64,000 nucleotides of DNA from contig MFGN01000017.1 in the NCBI GenBank assembly GCA_001780285.1, positions 37,687 to 101,686 on the forward strand, given 5' to 3'. The notes beneath the pieces are model-generated. The model did no database searches. It was not told the DNA's origin and saw nothing but the letters and a program-made list of their open reading frames with translations. How positions within the stretch are numbered: the stretch's first letter is position 1; every line of letters begins with the position of its first letter. The DNA is from Candidatus Falkowbacteria bacterium RIFOXYD12_FULL_34_57. Lineage in GTDB: Bacteria; Patescibacteriota; Patescibacteriia; Patescibacteriales; UBA12075. This document shows, one piece after another, positions 28,615 through 36,966 of the stretch. Position numbers and translations under genes: made by a program.

Positions 28615-29673
28615 ATGGATGTTCAATTTTTCAACAATAATGAAAAATTATATAAAAAAATACTTCAGGATATCGGAGAAGCTAAATCTTTTGTTTATTT
28701 AGAAACTTTTTCATTTGGTAAGAATAAAATTGGGCATCAATTTCGTGAAGCCTTAGAAAATTGTGCCAAAGAAGAAGTAGATGTTCGTTTATTGTTGGAT
28801 GGCTTTGGGTCATCTACTAATCGTAAATATTTTAAAAAATTATCTCAATTGGGTGGACAAATAAAATTTTATAAAAAATTTAAAATAAGCTTTAATATCA
28901 TCCATGATAATAATTACCGTAACCATCGTAAACTTCTGGTTATTGATGATAAAATATCATATATCGGTTCCGTAAATATTACCGATAGAAGTATTAACTG
29001 GCGTGATGCTACCCTGCGTTTATCAGGAACCATCTCCACTACCTTTCGAGATGTATTTTTGGATAATTTTAAAATTGCCGATAAACATATTTTTATTAAA
29101 AAGCCGCATACTACATCAATAAAATTAAAAGATATAGAAATCTTTCGTGATATTCCCTCAATTAAATTTCAAAAAATAAGAAATGAACAAATTAGATTGA
29201 TAAAAAACGCTAAAAAACAAATAATCATTGAAACTCCTTATTTTCTACCGGGAAGAAAAATGCGTATACACCTAAAAAAAGCCGTCAAACGAGGTGTTAA
29301 AGCAATAATCATTCTACCGAAAAAATCTGATATGAAAATTGTGGATATCTTACGGGAAAAATATTTCGGCAAACTTTACAAGTATGGGGTAAGTATAATT
29401 TTTTATACCCCCAAGATACTACACTCCAAACTCATGCTTATAGATAATGAAATATTTAGTATTGGATCAGCCAACATGGATCCCCGCAGCACTCTTTTTC
29501 ATTTTGAATTGAATTTATTCGGTACCAACAAAGAAATTATAAAACATATTCAACAACACCTCAAAGAAAGCATGTCCCACTCCGAGAATTTTAATTATGA
29601 AAAATGGAAAAAAAGATCCATCATCCAAAGAATAATGGAAAGGTTATTGTCTCTTATTAAATATTTATTGTAA
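28615..29673 (+). CDS. Phospholipase D-family protein / cardiolipin synthase-like
   Basis: Two HKD motifs (NHRKLLVIDD...GSVNI and LHSKLMLIDN...GSANM). The start could also be ATG 28582, which overlaps the upstream gene. Confidence 0.75.
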   Translation: MDVQFFNNNEKLYKKILQDIGEAKSFVYLETFSFGKNKIGHQFREALENCAKEEVDVRLLLDGFGSSTNRKYFKKLSQLGGQIKFYKKFKISFNIIHDNNYRNHRKLLVIDDKISYIGSVNITDRSINWRDATLRLSGTISTTFRDVFLDNFKIADKHIFIKKPHTTSIKLKDIEIFRDIPSIKFQKIRNEQIRLIKNAKKQIIIETPYFLPGRKMRIHLKKAVKRGVKAIIILPKKSDMKIVDILREKYFGKLYKYGVSIIFYTPKILHSKLMLIDNEIFSIGSANMDPRSTLFHFELNLFGTNKEIIKHIQQHLKESMSHSENFNYEKWKKRSIIQRIMERLLSLIKYLL

Positions 29674-29713
29674 TTTAAATTTTTGTATTACTATATTGTT
29701 GCATTGTTAAAAA

Positions 29714-29739
29714 ATACGCACCACGAGTGCGTATTTTTA
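29714..29739. terminator. Bidirectional rho-independent terminator between cls-like gene and rnhA
   Basis: Perfect 8-bp stem atacgcac/gtgcgtat, loop CACGA, A-run before and T-run after. Confidence 0.7.
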
Positions 29740-29773
29740 TACTTTATACTTTATATTTTATATTTTATACTTA
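29735..29773. repeat. Degenerate heptamer tandem repeat (A[CT]TTTAT)x5
   Basis: ttttat actttat actttat attttat attttat actta, immediately after the rnhA stop. Confidence 0.6.
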
Positions 29774-30196
29774 CTAAACACTAGCTTTTGCCCTGTCTAT
29801 CGCTTCATTTACCAACTTATCCGCTTCTTTATTTAATTCTCTTCTTACATGCCTAAAGGTTACTTTTTTATATTTCATTGTGGTATTATAAATCTTTACA
29901 AAAAGCGGCGCTAATTCCTGATTTTTAACCCTATATTCCCCGTTAAGCTGTTTTACTACCAATTCACTATCCAAAAAAAAATTCAGTTCTTCAGCTTCAC
30001 AGTCTTTAATTTTGTCTAAAGCGGCTATCACAGCCCTATATTCTGCCTGATTATTGGTGGTTTTGCCGATATATTCGGAAACTGTATCAATTAATTTACC
30101 GTCTTTATTTTTGATAACCGCGCCAATTCCCGCAGGTCCCGGATTTCCCCGAGCACCTCCATCGGTATAAATAATTAATTTGTTATAATTTTTCAT
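29774..30196 (-). CDS. rnhA: Ribonuclease HI
   Basis: YTDGGARGNPGPAG N-terminal motif and DEDD catalytic residues, 140 aa. Confidence 0.9.
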   Translation of the reverse strand: MKNYNKLIIYTDGGARGNPGPAGIGAVIKNKDGKLIDTVSEYIGKTTNNQAEYRAVIAALDKIKDCEAEELNFFLDSELVVKQLNGEYRVKNQELAPLFVKIYNTTMKYKKVTFRHVRRELNKEADKLVNEAIDRAKASV

Positions 30197-30212
30197 ATCT
30201 TAATACTTAATG

Positions 30213-31943
30213 CTACATACTAAATACTTTTATGTCCACTATCTTCATCTGCACCTCGCTCTTGCCGTTATATTCATTCATATCTACATAATAAACTATG
30301 TCAATTTTGTCTCCAATAGATAAGTTGTGCAATTTTTCAGTTTGATTAAAACCAACTGCATTTATGATTCCCGATTTCTCATTCTTTAAAATCAGCTTAA
30401 TATGCTGTCCATCCAAACCCATATAAAAAATATTTACAATAATCACATTTCGGCTTAAAAATTTTGGGTTTAAATTGCCCTGCCCAAATGGCTCAAATAA
30501 TTTAATATCAGCAAGCAAATCTTCTCCGATCTCCTCAAGGGGAATTTCTTTATCAATTATTACCATGGGTTTTAGATCTTCATCACCCAATTTTTCATTA
30601 GCCACCCCTTTAATTTTATTCTTAAAATCATTAATTCTGTCTATGTTTAAGCTAAAACCACAGGCCATAGGATGACCACCATACTTGTCTAAAAATTCAC
30701 TTGATTCTTCTACCGCTTCAATTAAATCAAAATTTATAATACTTCTTCCTGATCCTTTATATCCCCCCATGGTTCTAGTGATAACCAATGCTGGTCTATG
30801 GTATTTTTCACAAATTCGACCAGCCACGAGCCCTATAAGACCTTCATTCCAATGATCTTTTTCTTTTTCGTTTACACATATCAATATTTTATCTTTTAAT
30901 TTTTTCTCAATTTTTTCCTGTATTTCTTCCACGATTTCTTCAGTTTCTTTTTGACGATCCATGTTTCTGGCGTTCAATCGTTTAGCTAAGACTTCAGCTT
31001 CTTTCTTATCTGAAATAGAAAGAAGTTCCACTGCGGTATTGGCATGCGCCATACGGCCGGCAGCGTTGATGCGGGGCGCAAGTTGAAAACCAATATTCCA
31101 CGAATCTAAATTTCTGTTTTCCAGGGATGAAGCCTTAATCAATTCTTTAATTCCTATGCGCTTAGTCTTATTCAATATTTCCAATCCTCTCTTTACTAAA
31201 GTTCTATTTTCACCGAAAAGCTTCACACAATCAGCGACGGTTCCCAGGGCAACAAGGTCTAAAACTTTTTCTTGTAACAATTTTTTGTCATCTTCATTTA
31301 ATTTTGATTTTTGAATAATGGCGCTAGCGAGTTTAAAAGCCACTCCCACTCCAGCCAAATATTTAAATGGGTATTTTTCATCAGGAACAGAGGGGTTAAT
31401 AATCAAACATTCCGGATATTCATTTTTTTCTTCCGGAGGAATATGATGATCAGTAACAATAATTTCTATATTTTTTTTCTGAATGTATTCAACTATTTCT
31501 TTATTACGAATTCCACCATCTACAGTAATAATCAATTTAGTATTAGTGGTGTCAATATAATCAATAGCCTCCTTATTAAGTCCATATCCCTCGCTTACCC
31601 TATCCGGAATATATATTTCGGTTTTTGCTTTCAATGTTTGTAATACTTCCGATAACAACACGGAGGATGTTACTCCGTCTGCATCATAATCGCCATATAC
31701 CGTAATTTTGTTCCCTTTTTTGATGTGCACAATAATTAATTCTACTGCTGTCTCCATATCCTGAAACAAAAAAGGGTCATGAATATTTTTAACAAAATCA
31801 AATTCCAAAAATTCCCGAATTTCTTCTTTTTCTTTTAAACCCCGATTCCACAAAAGCTGTAGAATAATCTCATTATACTGTGGATATTTCTCTATAAAAT
31901 TTTGTTCTATTCTCGGAAGCACTTTCCAATTTTTATTTGACAT
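30213..31943 (-). CDS. recJ: Single-stranded-DNA-specific exonuclease RecJ
   Basis: DHH motifs (GDYDADG, DHH at TDHH), DHHA1 domain, C-terminal OB fold. Confidence 0.9.
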   Translation of the reverse strand: MSNKNWKVLPRIEQNFIEKYPQYNEIILQLLWNRGLKEKEEIREFLEFDFVKNIHDPFLFQDMETAVELIIVHIKKGNKITVYGDYDADGVTSSVLLSEVLQTLKAKTEIYIPDRVSEGYGLNKEAIDYIDTTNTKLIITVDGGIRNKEIVEYIQKKNIEIIVTDHHIPPEEKNEYPECLIINPSVPDEKYPFKYLAGVGVAFKLASAIIQKSKLNEDDKKLLQEKVLDLVALGTVADCVKLFGENRTLVKRGLEILNKTKRIGIKELIKASSLENRNLDSWNIGFQLAPRINAAGRMAHANTAVELLSISDKKEAEVLAKRLNARNMDRQKETEEIVEEIQEKIEKKLKDKILICVNEKEKDHWNEGLIGLVAGRICEKYHRPALVITRTMGGYKGSGRSIINFDLIEAVEESSEFLDKYGGHPMACGFSLNIDRINDFKNKIKGVANEKLGDEDLKPMVIIDKEIPLEEIGEDLLADIKLFEPFGQGNLNPKFLSRNVIIVNIFYMGLDGQHIKLILKNEKSGIINAVGFNQTEKLHNLSIGDKIDIVYYVDMNEYNGKSEVQMKIVDIKVFSM

Positions 31944-32018
31944 TTATTATAATTTATATAACTATTTATTATCCTATTAAACAATTATTACAACTATTAA
32001 AAAAATAAAAACTCAAAA

Positions 32019-32041
32019 GTCGGAAAAATTCCGGCTTTTTT
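32019..32041. terminator. Hairpin with T-run (gtcgg-aaaaatt-ccggc-tttttt), terminator-like on both strands
   Basis: 5-bp stem with G-U wobble, U-rich tract either side; 330 bp downstream of lepA. Confidence 0.35.
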
Positions 32042-32260
32042 AAATAGTGTCACTATGAAAAAACGAAAACGATGTAGCAATCTCCTTTATAGCAATATTT
32101 ATAAAATTACTTCGTCGTTATCACTCCTCGCAACAACAATATAAATAATTTACATCAAAGCAGCGCCGATTGTCCATATCAGTAGCGAAAAAATCATTAT
32201 TATACTGATAATAGACCAAATAATTCTTTGTCGTGTTTTCTTTTTCATGGCTAAAAGCAA

Positions 32261-32357
32261 GTCGAAAGTTTATAAAGTTGAAAGTTGAAAGTCTGGAATT
32301 GCTTTGCGATATTTTATTTAATAACATTATGAACTTTTGACTTTATAAACTTTTAAC
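32261..32357. repeat. Intergenic AT-rich repeat block: GTCGAAAGTTTATAAAGT(TGAAAGT)2CTGGAATTGCTTTGCGATATT ... GACTTTATAAACTTTT
   Basis: About 90% identical to 41394-41432 apart from a 14-bp tandem insertion; ends with the recurrent ACTTTATAAACTTT motif. Confidence 0.6.
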
Positions 32358-32365
32358 TAAAAAAT

Positions 32366-34147
32366 TTATTTTTTCAATATTTTAACAAATGTCTCACTTG
32401 GAATATCTACGCTCCCCCTTCCGGATACCATCATTTTCTTTTTTCCTTTTTTCTGCTTTTCTAATAATTTTCTCTTTCGGGTCACATCTCCTCCGTATAA
32501 CTTAGCGGTTACATCTTTGCGCATAGCAGAAAGCCTCTCACTAGCAATTATCTTGCCCCCGACCGCAGCCTGCAATTTCACCACAAACATCTGTTTGGGC
32601 AAACTATCCTTGAGTGTGGATACAATTTCTTTACCGCATCTAAAAGCATCATCTTCATAAACAATAGTTGATAGTGCCTCTACTGGCTCCTCTGCTACCA
32701 AGATATCCATTTTTACTACTTTAGCTCCACGATACCCCAAAAATTCATAATTAATGGATGCGTATCCGGAACTAATACTTTTAATCTTGTCATAAAAATC
32801 AGTTAAAATCGCGCTCATCGGAATTTCATAGTGGAGTATTGCCCTGGTTTCATCAATATATTCTGTGTTTTTATATATTCCTCGCTTCTCCTGCGCTAGA
32901 CTCATAACTCCACCCACAAATTCTTTAGGGGTAATGATATCCAACCTCACCCAAGGCTCTTCAATTTTTTCCTGTTTTTCTCTCGGTGGCAATTGTTGAG
33001 GTGTTCTGGCAATAAATTTTTTTCCATCTTTTTGCTCTACTTTATAAGCTACACTGGGCAAAGTAACAATTAACTCTAATCCATATTCCCGCCTTAATCT
33101 TTCTTGAAAAATTTCTAAGTGTAAAATTCCTAAAAATCCACAGCGAAATCCAAGACCCAAAGCATTTGACTGCTCTGCTTCATAAAAAAGAGAAGCGTCG
33201 TTAAGCTTTAATTTTTCTACCGCATCTCGAAGTTCCCCGAACTCATTTCCCTCTTTTGGAAAAATGCCCGCAAAAACCATTGGTTTTACCTCATTATAAC
33301 CCTTGAGTGGTAACACTTTCTCATTTCCCTTCTGCATAGTTACAGTATCCCCCACTCGACACTCACTTACATCTTTAAATCCGGTAACAATATAACCAAT
33401 ATCTCCGGTAACAAGTTTTCCAGTAGATAAATAATCTGGTTTAAATATTCCCACATCCAGTGCCTCGCTTTCTGCCTTTGTGGCCAAAAGTCTAATTTTG
33501 TCCTTTTTGTTTATACAACCATCAATTACTCTGATATATGCTACAACTCCGCGATATTCATCATAATTAGAATCAAATATTAAAGCCCTGGTATTAGCAT
33601 TAGTATTTCCTCTTGGCGCTGGAACATTTTTTATTACCATATCAAGCACTTCCGCCACCCCTTCTCCTGTTTTACCAGAGGCATATATTATATCCTCTTG
33701 CCCACAGCCCAAGAGTCCTATTATTTCCCTTGAGGTTTTCTCCTTATTTGCTGCTGGTAAATCTATTTTATTTACAACTGGAATAATTTCTAAATCCTGT
33801 TCCATGGCCAAATATAAATTAGCAAGTGTTTGTGCTTGAATTCCCTGAGTAGCGTCCACAAGTAAAACCGCCCCCTCTACCGCAGCCAAACTTCGACTTA
33901 CTTCGTAAGTAAAATCCACATGACCAGGAGTATCAATCAAATTCAAAATATACCCATTATAATTCATGGTAACCGGTTGTAGTTTTATAGTAATTCCGCG
34001 CTCCTGCTCCAAATCCATGCGATCTAAAAGCTGAGCTTTCATTTTTCGTTTATCAACGGTATTGGTAATTTCCAGCATCCGATCGGCAATCGTGGACTTA
34101 CCATGGTCTATGTGTGCAATTATACAAAAATTGCGTATATTATTCAT
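32366..34147 (-). CDS. lepA: Elongation factor 4 (LepA)
   Basis: GTPase G1-G4 motifs (AHIDHGKST, DTPGH, NKID) and LepA-specific C-terminal domain; 593 aa. Confidence 0.95.
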   Translation of the reverse strand: MNNIRNFCIIAHIDHGKSTIADRMLEITNTVDKRKMKAQLLDRMDLEQERGITIKLQPVTMNYNGYILNLIDTPGHVDFTYEVSRSLAAVEGAVLLVDATQGIQAQTLANLYLAMEQDLEIIPVVNKIDLPAANKEKTSREIIGLLGCGQEDIIYASGKTGEGVAEVLDMVIKNVPAPRGNTNANTRALIFDSNYDEYRGVVAYIRVIDGCINKKDKIRLLATKAESEALDVGIFKPDYLSTGKLVTGDIGYIVTGFKDVSECRVGDTVTMQKGNEKVLPLKGYNEVKPMVFAGIFPKEGNEFGELRDAVEKLKLNDASLFYEAEQSNALGLGFRCGFLGILHLEIFQERLRREYGLELIVTLPSVAYKVEQKDGKKFIARTPQQLPPREKQEKIEEPWVRLDIITPKEFVGGVMSLAQEKRGIYKNTEYIDETRAILHYEIPMSAILTDFYDKIKSISSGYASINYEFLGYRGAKVVKMDILVAEEPVEALSTIVYEDDAFRCGKEIVSTLKDSLPKQMFVVKLQAAVGGKIIASERLSAMRKDVTAKLYGGDVTRKRKLLEKQKKGKKKMMVSGRGSVDIPSETFVKILKK

Positions 34148-34307
34148 AAAAGTTAATAAAAATTAAATAGCAAATACTAAATTACAAATAAATTCCAAAT
34201 CCTAAATTACAATAAATAAAGTAATAAAGTTTTAAATATTTGAAATTTTTAATTTTTTATTTTAAATTTATTTATCTGTAATTATATTTGTTGTTTTTAC
34301 TAAAATA

Positions 34308-34340
34308 TACAAAAAGGACGAGATAAAAACTCGCCTTTTA
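34308..34340 (-). terminator. Possible rho-independent terminator downstream of PDZ-protein gene
   Basis: Minus-strand stem ggcgag/ctcgtcc (one G-U) followed by CUUUUUGUAUAUUUU. Confidence 0.35.
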
Positions 34341-34405
34341 TTAACCGATTTTATAATAATATCTTACAATTTTTTTTATTATTAGTCAAATCATTATTGA
34401 TCAAA

Positions 34406-35596
34406 TCACTCTTCCTGCACCTCTAAAACAACTTCTGCTTTTCCACTTTTCCCCTCTCTGGTGTATTCTATCTCAATTTTATCTCCCACCATATATCTGC
34501 TGATTAAATACGGCAAGGTATTTTCTTTGTTTATTTTTATACCATTCACAGAGATCAAAATATCTCCAACCATTAAACCAGCTTTTTCTGCCGGACTTTT
34601 AGGAATAACCGCAATACCTGTTTTATCTTTATAGATCATTATTCCCTCTCTGAAATTAAACATTTTGTCAGATTCTGGTTCTACCATTTTATATAATTCA
34701 ATATAATTTATGCCCAACACAGGTCTTGTTAAAGACTTGTTATTTAAAAGGCAATCAACGCAGGACATGTAACTATATATTGACCTTGCCACTCCATCTT
34801 TATTAATAACCGCTAAAATATTACCGTTAAAATCAAACAAAAAAGATGACCAAAAATCTTCCGGAACCGTCTGTTCTAAAATTATTTCCCCATTCAAGTC
34901 CTCACTGGATTTTACAGAAGATATAGAATCTGTTTTCATGCCAGTTAGGGTTGTCATCCAAGTAAAACCATCCCAATTTACAGCTATTACCAACTTACCA
35001 TTATGAATATCATCTTTAGCCACAAACCCGCGAACCGGTAAATCATTCACACCAACATGCCAAAATGAATATCCTGTTTTTTTATCAATTATAATATCAT
35101 CAACGCTATGAATTTTTTTATCCTTCAACATAACAACATAGTTATCAAGTGTGTTCTTTTTTACTTTTTCCGTATAAGCATATTGAAGTTCACTTGGTAT
35201 AAAATCAGTCATAATCCATCCATCGCTCGTGATAATAAATCCTTGCCCAAGTTCATCGTGAACATTATAAAAATTCTGCGGTTTAAATATTTTTAAACCT
35301 TCTTCTTGGAGCTTAATCTTTTTAAAAATTCCAACAATACTGTTTCCAGTAGACTCTGCTACCTCTATGGCCTTGGTGTTTTGTTCCACTATCACCTTTT
35401 TAGCATCACGAATTATTAAGTTTGATCCAGAAGCACCATATCCTCCCAAACTTATCTCACTAAAAAGCGGAATATTAAAAGCCTTTTCCAATAAATAAAA
35501 ACGTGTAGCTATAGCTCCAACCAAACCGCCAAAAAGTCCAAAAATAGTTGATAAAACCACAACCACAATAACTTTATGTTTAACATTATTTTGCAT
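34406..35596 (-). CDS. Membrane-anchored HtrA-like protein with C-terminal PDZ domain, apparently lacking the Ser-protease catalytic triad
   Basis: N-terminal TM, trypsin-like region (GQGFIITSDGWIMT) without the TNxHV His or GNSGG Ser motifs, C-terminal PDZ (GDILISVNG...). Start moved to the second ATG (MQNNVKHK). Confidence 0.5.
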   Translation of the reverse strand: MQNNVKHKVIVVVVLSTIFGLFGGLVGAIATRFYLLEKAFNIPLFSEISLGGYGASGSNLIIRDAKKVIVEQNTKAIEVAESTGNSIVGIFKKIKLQEEGLKIFKPQNFYNVHDELGQGFIITSDGWIMTDFIPSELQYAYTEKVKKNTLDNYVVMLKDKKIHSVDDIIIDKKTGYSFWHVGVNDLPVRGFVAKDDIHNGKLVIAVNWDGFTWMTTLTGMKTDSISSVKSSEDLNGEIILEQTVPEDFWSSFLFDFNGNILAVINKDGVARSIYSYMSCVDCLLNNKSLTRPVLGINYIELYKMVEPESDKMFNFREGIMIYKDKTGIAVIPKSPAEKAGLMVGDILISVNGIKINKENTLPYLISRYMVGDKIEIEYTREGKSGKAEVVLEVQEE

Positions 35597-35698
35597 ATAT
35601 ATAAAATTAAACTCCAAAAAAACAAATTCCAAACTATTTTGAACCAATATTAATTTGAAATTTATCTTTTATTTAATACTTGTTATTTGTAATTTTTA

Positions 35699-36460
35699 TT
35701 ATATCCATCTTGCGGTCAGTAGTACTAAAAAAATGCTCAAAAAACCATAAATTAAGTATAATTTTAAATTTCTGTTGCTAAGCCTGTTTCTAAGGTGAAG
35801 CTTAATGATTCCAGTTAGTATATAATAACACTGAGCCAATAATAATCCAAGTACATAATAACTTAAAGTCAAAAAAGACGCAACCCAAGCAATTTCAACC
35901 AACACCAAACAAACCAATAAAATATAAAAATATCCTGTTTTTAAATCTATTTTATATGTCCATAAAATTTGATACATTATAGCCATTATCACCAACATTA
36001 ATAAAATTATTAAAATCCAAATTGATACCTTCAAAAAAGCATTTAACCCATAAACAGCAGAAACACAAAAATAAAATGCTAAAAAATTGCCGTACGAAGA
36101 TAGGTTTTGCAAAAAATAAACTTGATATAGCTCTGTTTTAACTAAATAATAATATATGGCTCTAAAATAAAAATATATAAAACTTGTGTTAAAAAATATT
36201 AATATTTGGATAACCATCTTATTGGCAATCATTGTAGAAAAAACAACGGCACCAATAGTAAAAATACCAGGTAATATGAAAAGAGGAAAAATTTTTTCTT
36301 TTTTTCCTCCAGCTAAAACAAATTGTCTTATAGAAAAAAAGAATAACAATAAAATAATTAACAAAACAACATATATGCTCTTGGGAATAAAAACAAAAAC
36401 TTCCAGCAAAATCTGAGTGAAGATTGAAATTATTAACGGCAAAAAACGATTATATTTCAT
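35699..36460 (-). CDS. Hypothetical polytopic membrane protein (about 8 TM)
   Basis: Hydrophobicity pattern only. Confidence 0.4.
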   Translation of the reverse strand: MKYNRFLPLIISIFTQILLEVFVFIPKSIYVVLLIILLLFFFSIRQFVLAGGKKEKIFPLFILPGIFTIGAVVFSTMIANKMVIQILIFFNTSFIYFYFRAIYYYLVKTELYQVYFLQNLSSYGNFLAFYFCVSAVYGLNAFLKVSIWILIILLMLVIMAIMYQILWTYKIDLKTGYFYILLVCLVLVEIAWVASFLTLSYYVLGLLLAQCYYILTGIIKLHLRNRLSNRNLKLYLIYGFLSIFLVLLTARWI

Positions 36461-36487
36461 ATATACTAACTACAAATTCATAAACTT

Positions 36488-36961
36488 TTATTGATCAGTA
36501 TTGTTTTTTTCTTTTATCCATTCATGAACTATTTTTATTTCATTTATTTTTTCTTCTATTTTTTGCTCCATAGACGCATCTCTTTCTAGGATATTATTAT
36601 TAATATCTGAAAGCAAAAGCACTAAATCAATATGAAATTTCTTGTATTGATCGCTTGGAACTATGGATTTTATCAATTCATCCTTAATTTGAGTTACTCT
36701 ATTAGATAAACCCAAATCTTGATTTCCTGTTTTAGAATCGGCAAACAATGTTTCAATCTCAGAAAAAATATTAGAAATTTTATTCTTGTAGTTATTTTCT
36801 AATTCTTCCATATCAACTTTCTCTATTATTTTTTCCGATTGTATTTCTGTTTTATTTTTTTTATCCTGTACCACTATTATATTTGATGTTGAAAATAAAT
36901 AAACAATCGAAATCACCAATAGAAGTAATAATATAATTAATATTTGAAACTGTTTAGTCAT
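36488..36961 (-). CDS. Hypothetical bitopic coiled-coil protein
   Basis: N-terminal TM helix then charged helical region. Confidence 0.4.
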   Translation of the reverse strand: MTKQFQILIILLLLLVISIVYLFSTSNIIVVQDKKNKTEIQSEKIIEKVDMEELENNYKNKISNIFSEIETLFADSKTGNQDLGLSNRVTQIKDELIKSIVPSDQYKKFHIDLVLLLSDINNNILERDASMEQKIEEKINEIKIVHEWIKEKNNTDQ

Positions 36962-36966
36962 ACTTT

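Noticed and set aside
32121-32327. 68-aa minus-strand ORF in the recJ-lepA intergenic region
   Set aside because: Low-complexity (ends CCCEE), no RBS, sits inside the repeat block. An alternative 32-aa TM-like frame (MKKKTRQRIIWSIISIIMIFSLLIWTIGAALM, start about 32248) was also seen but has no expression signals
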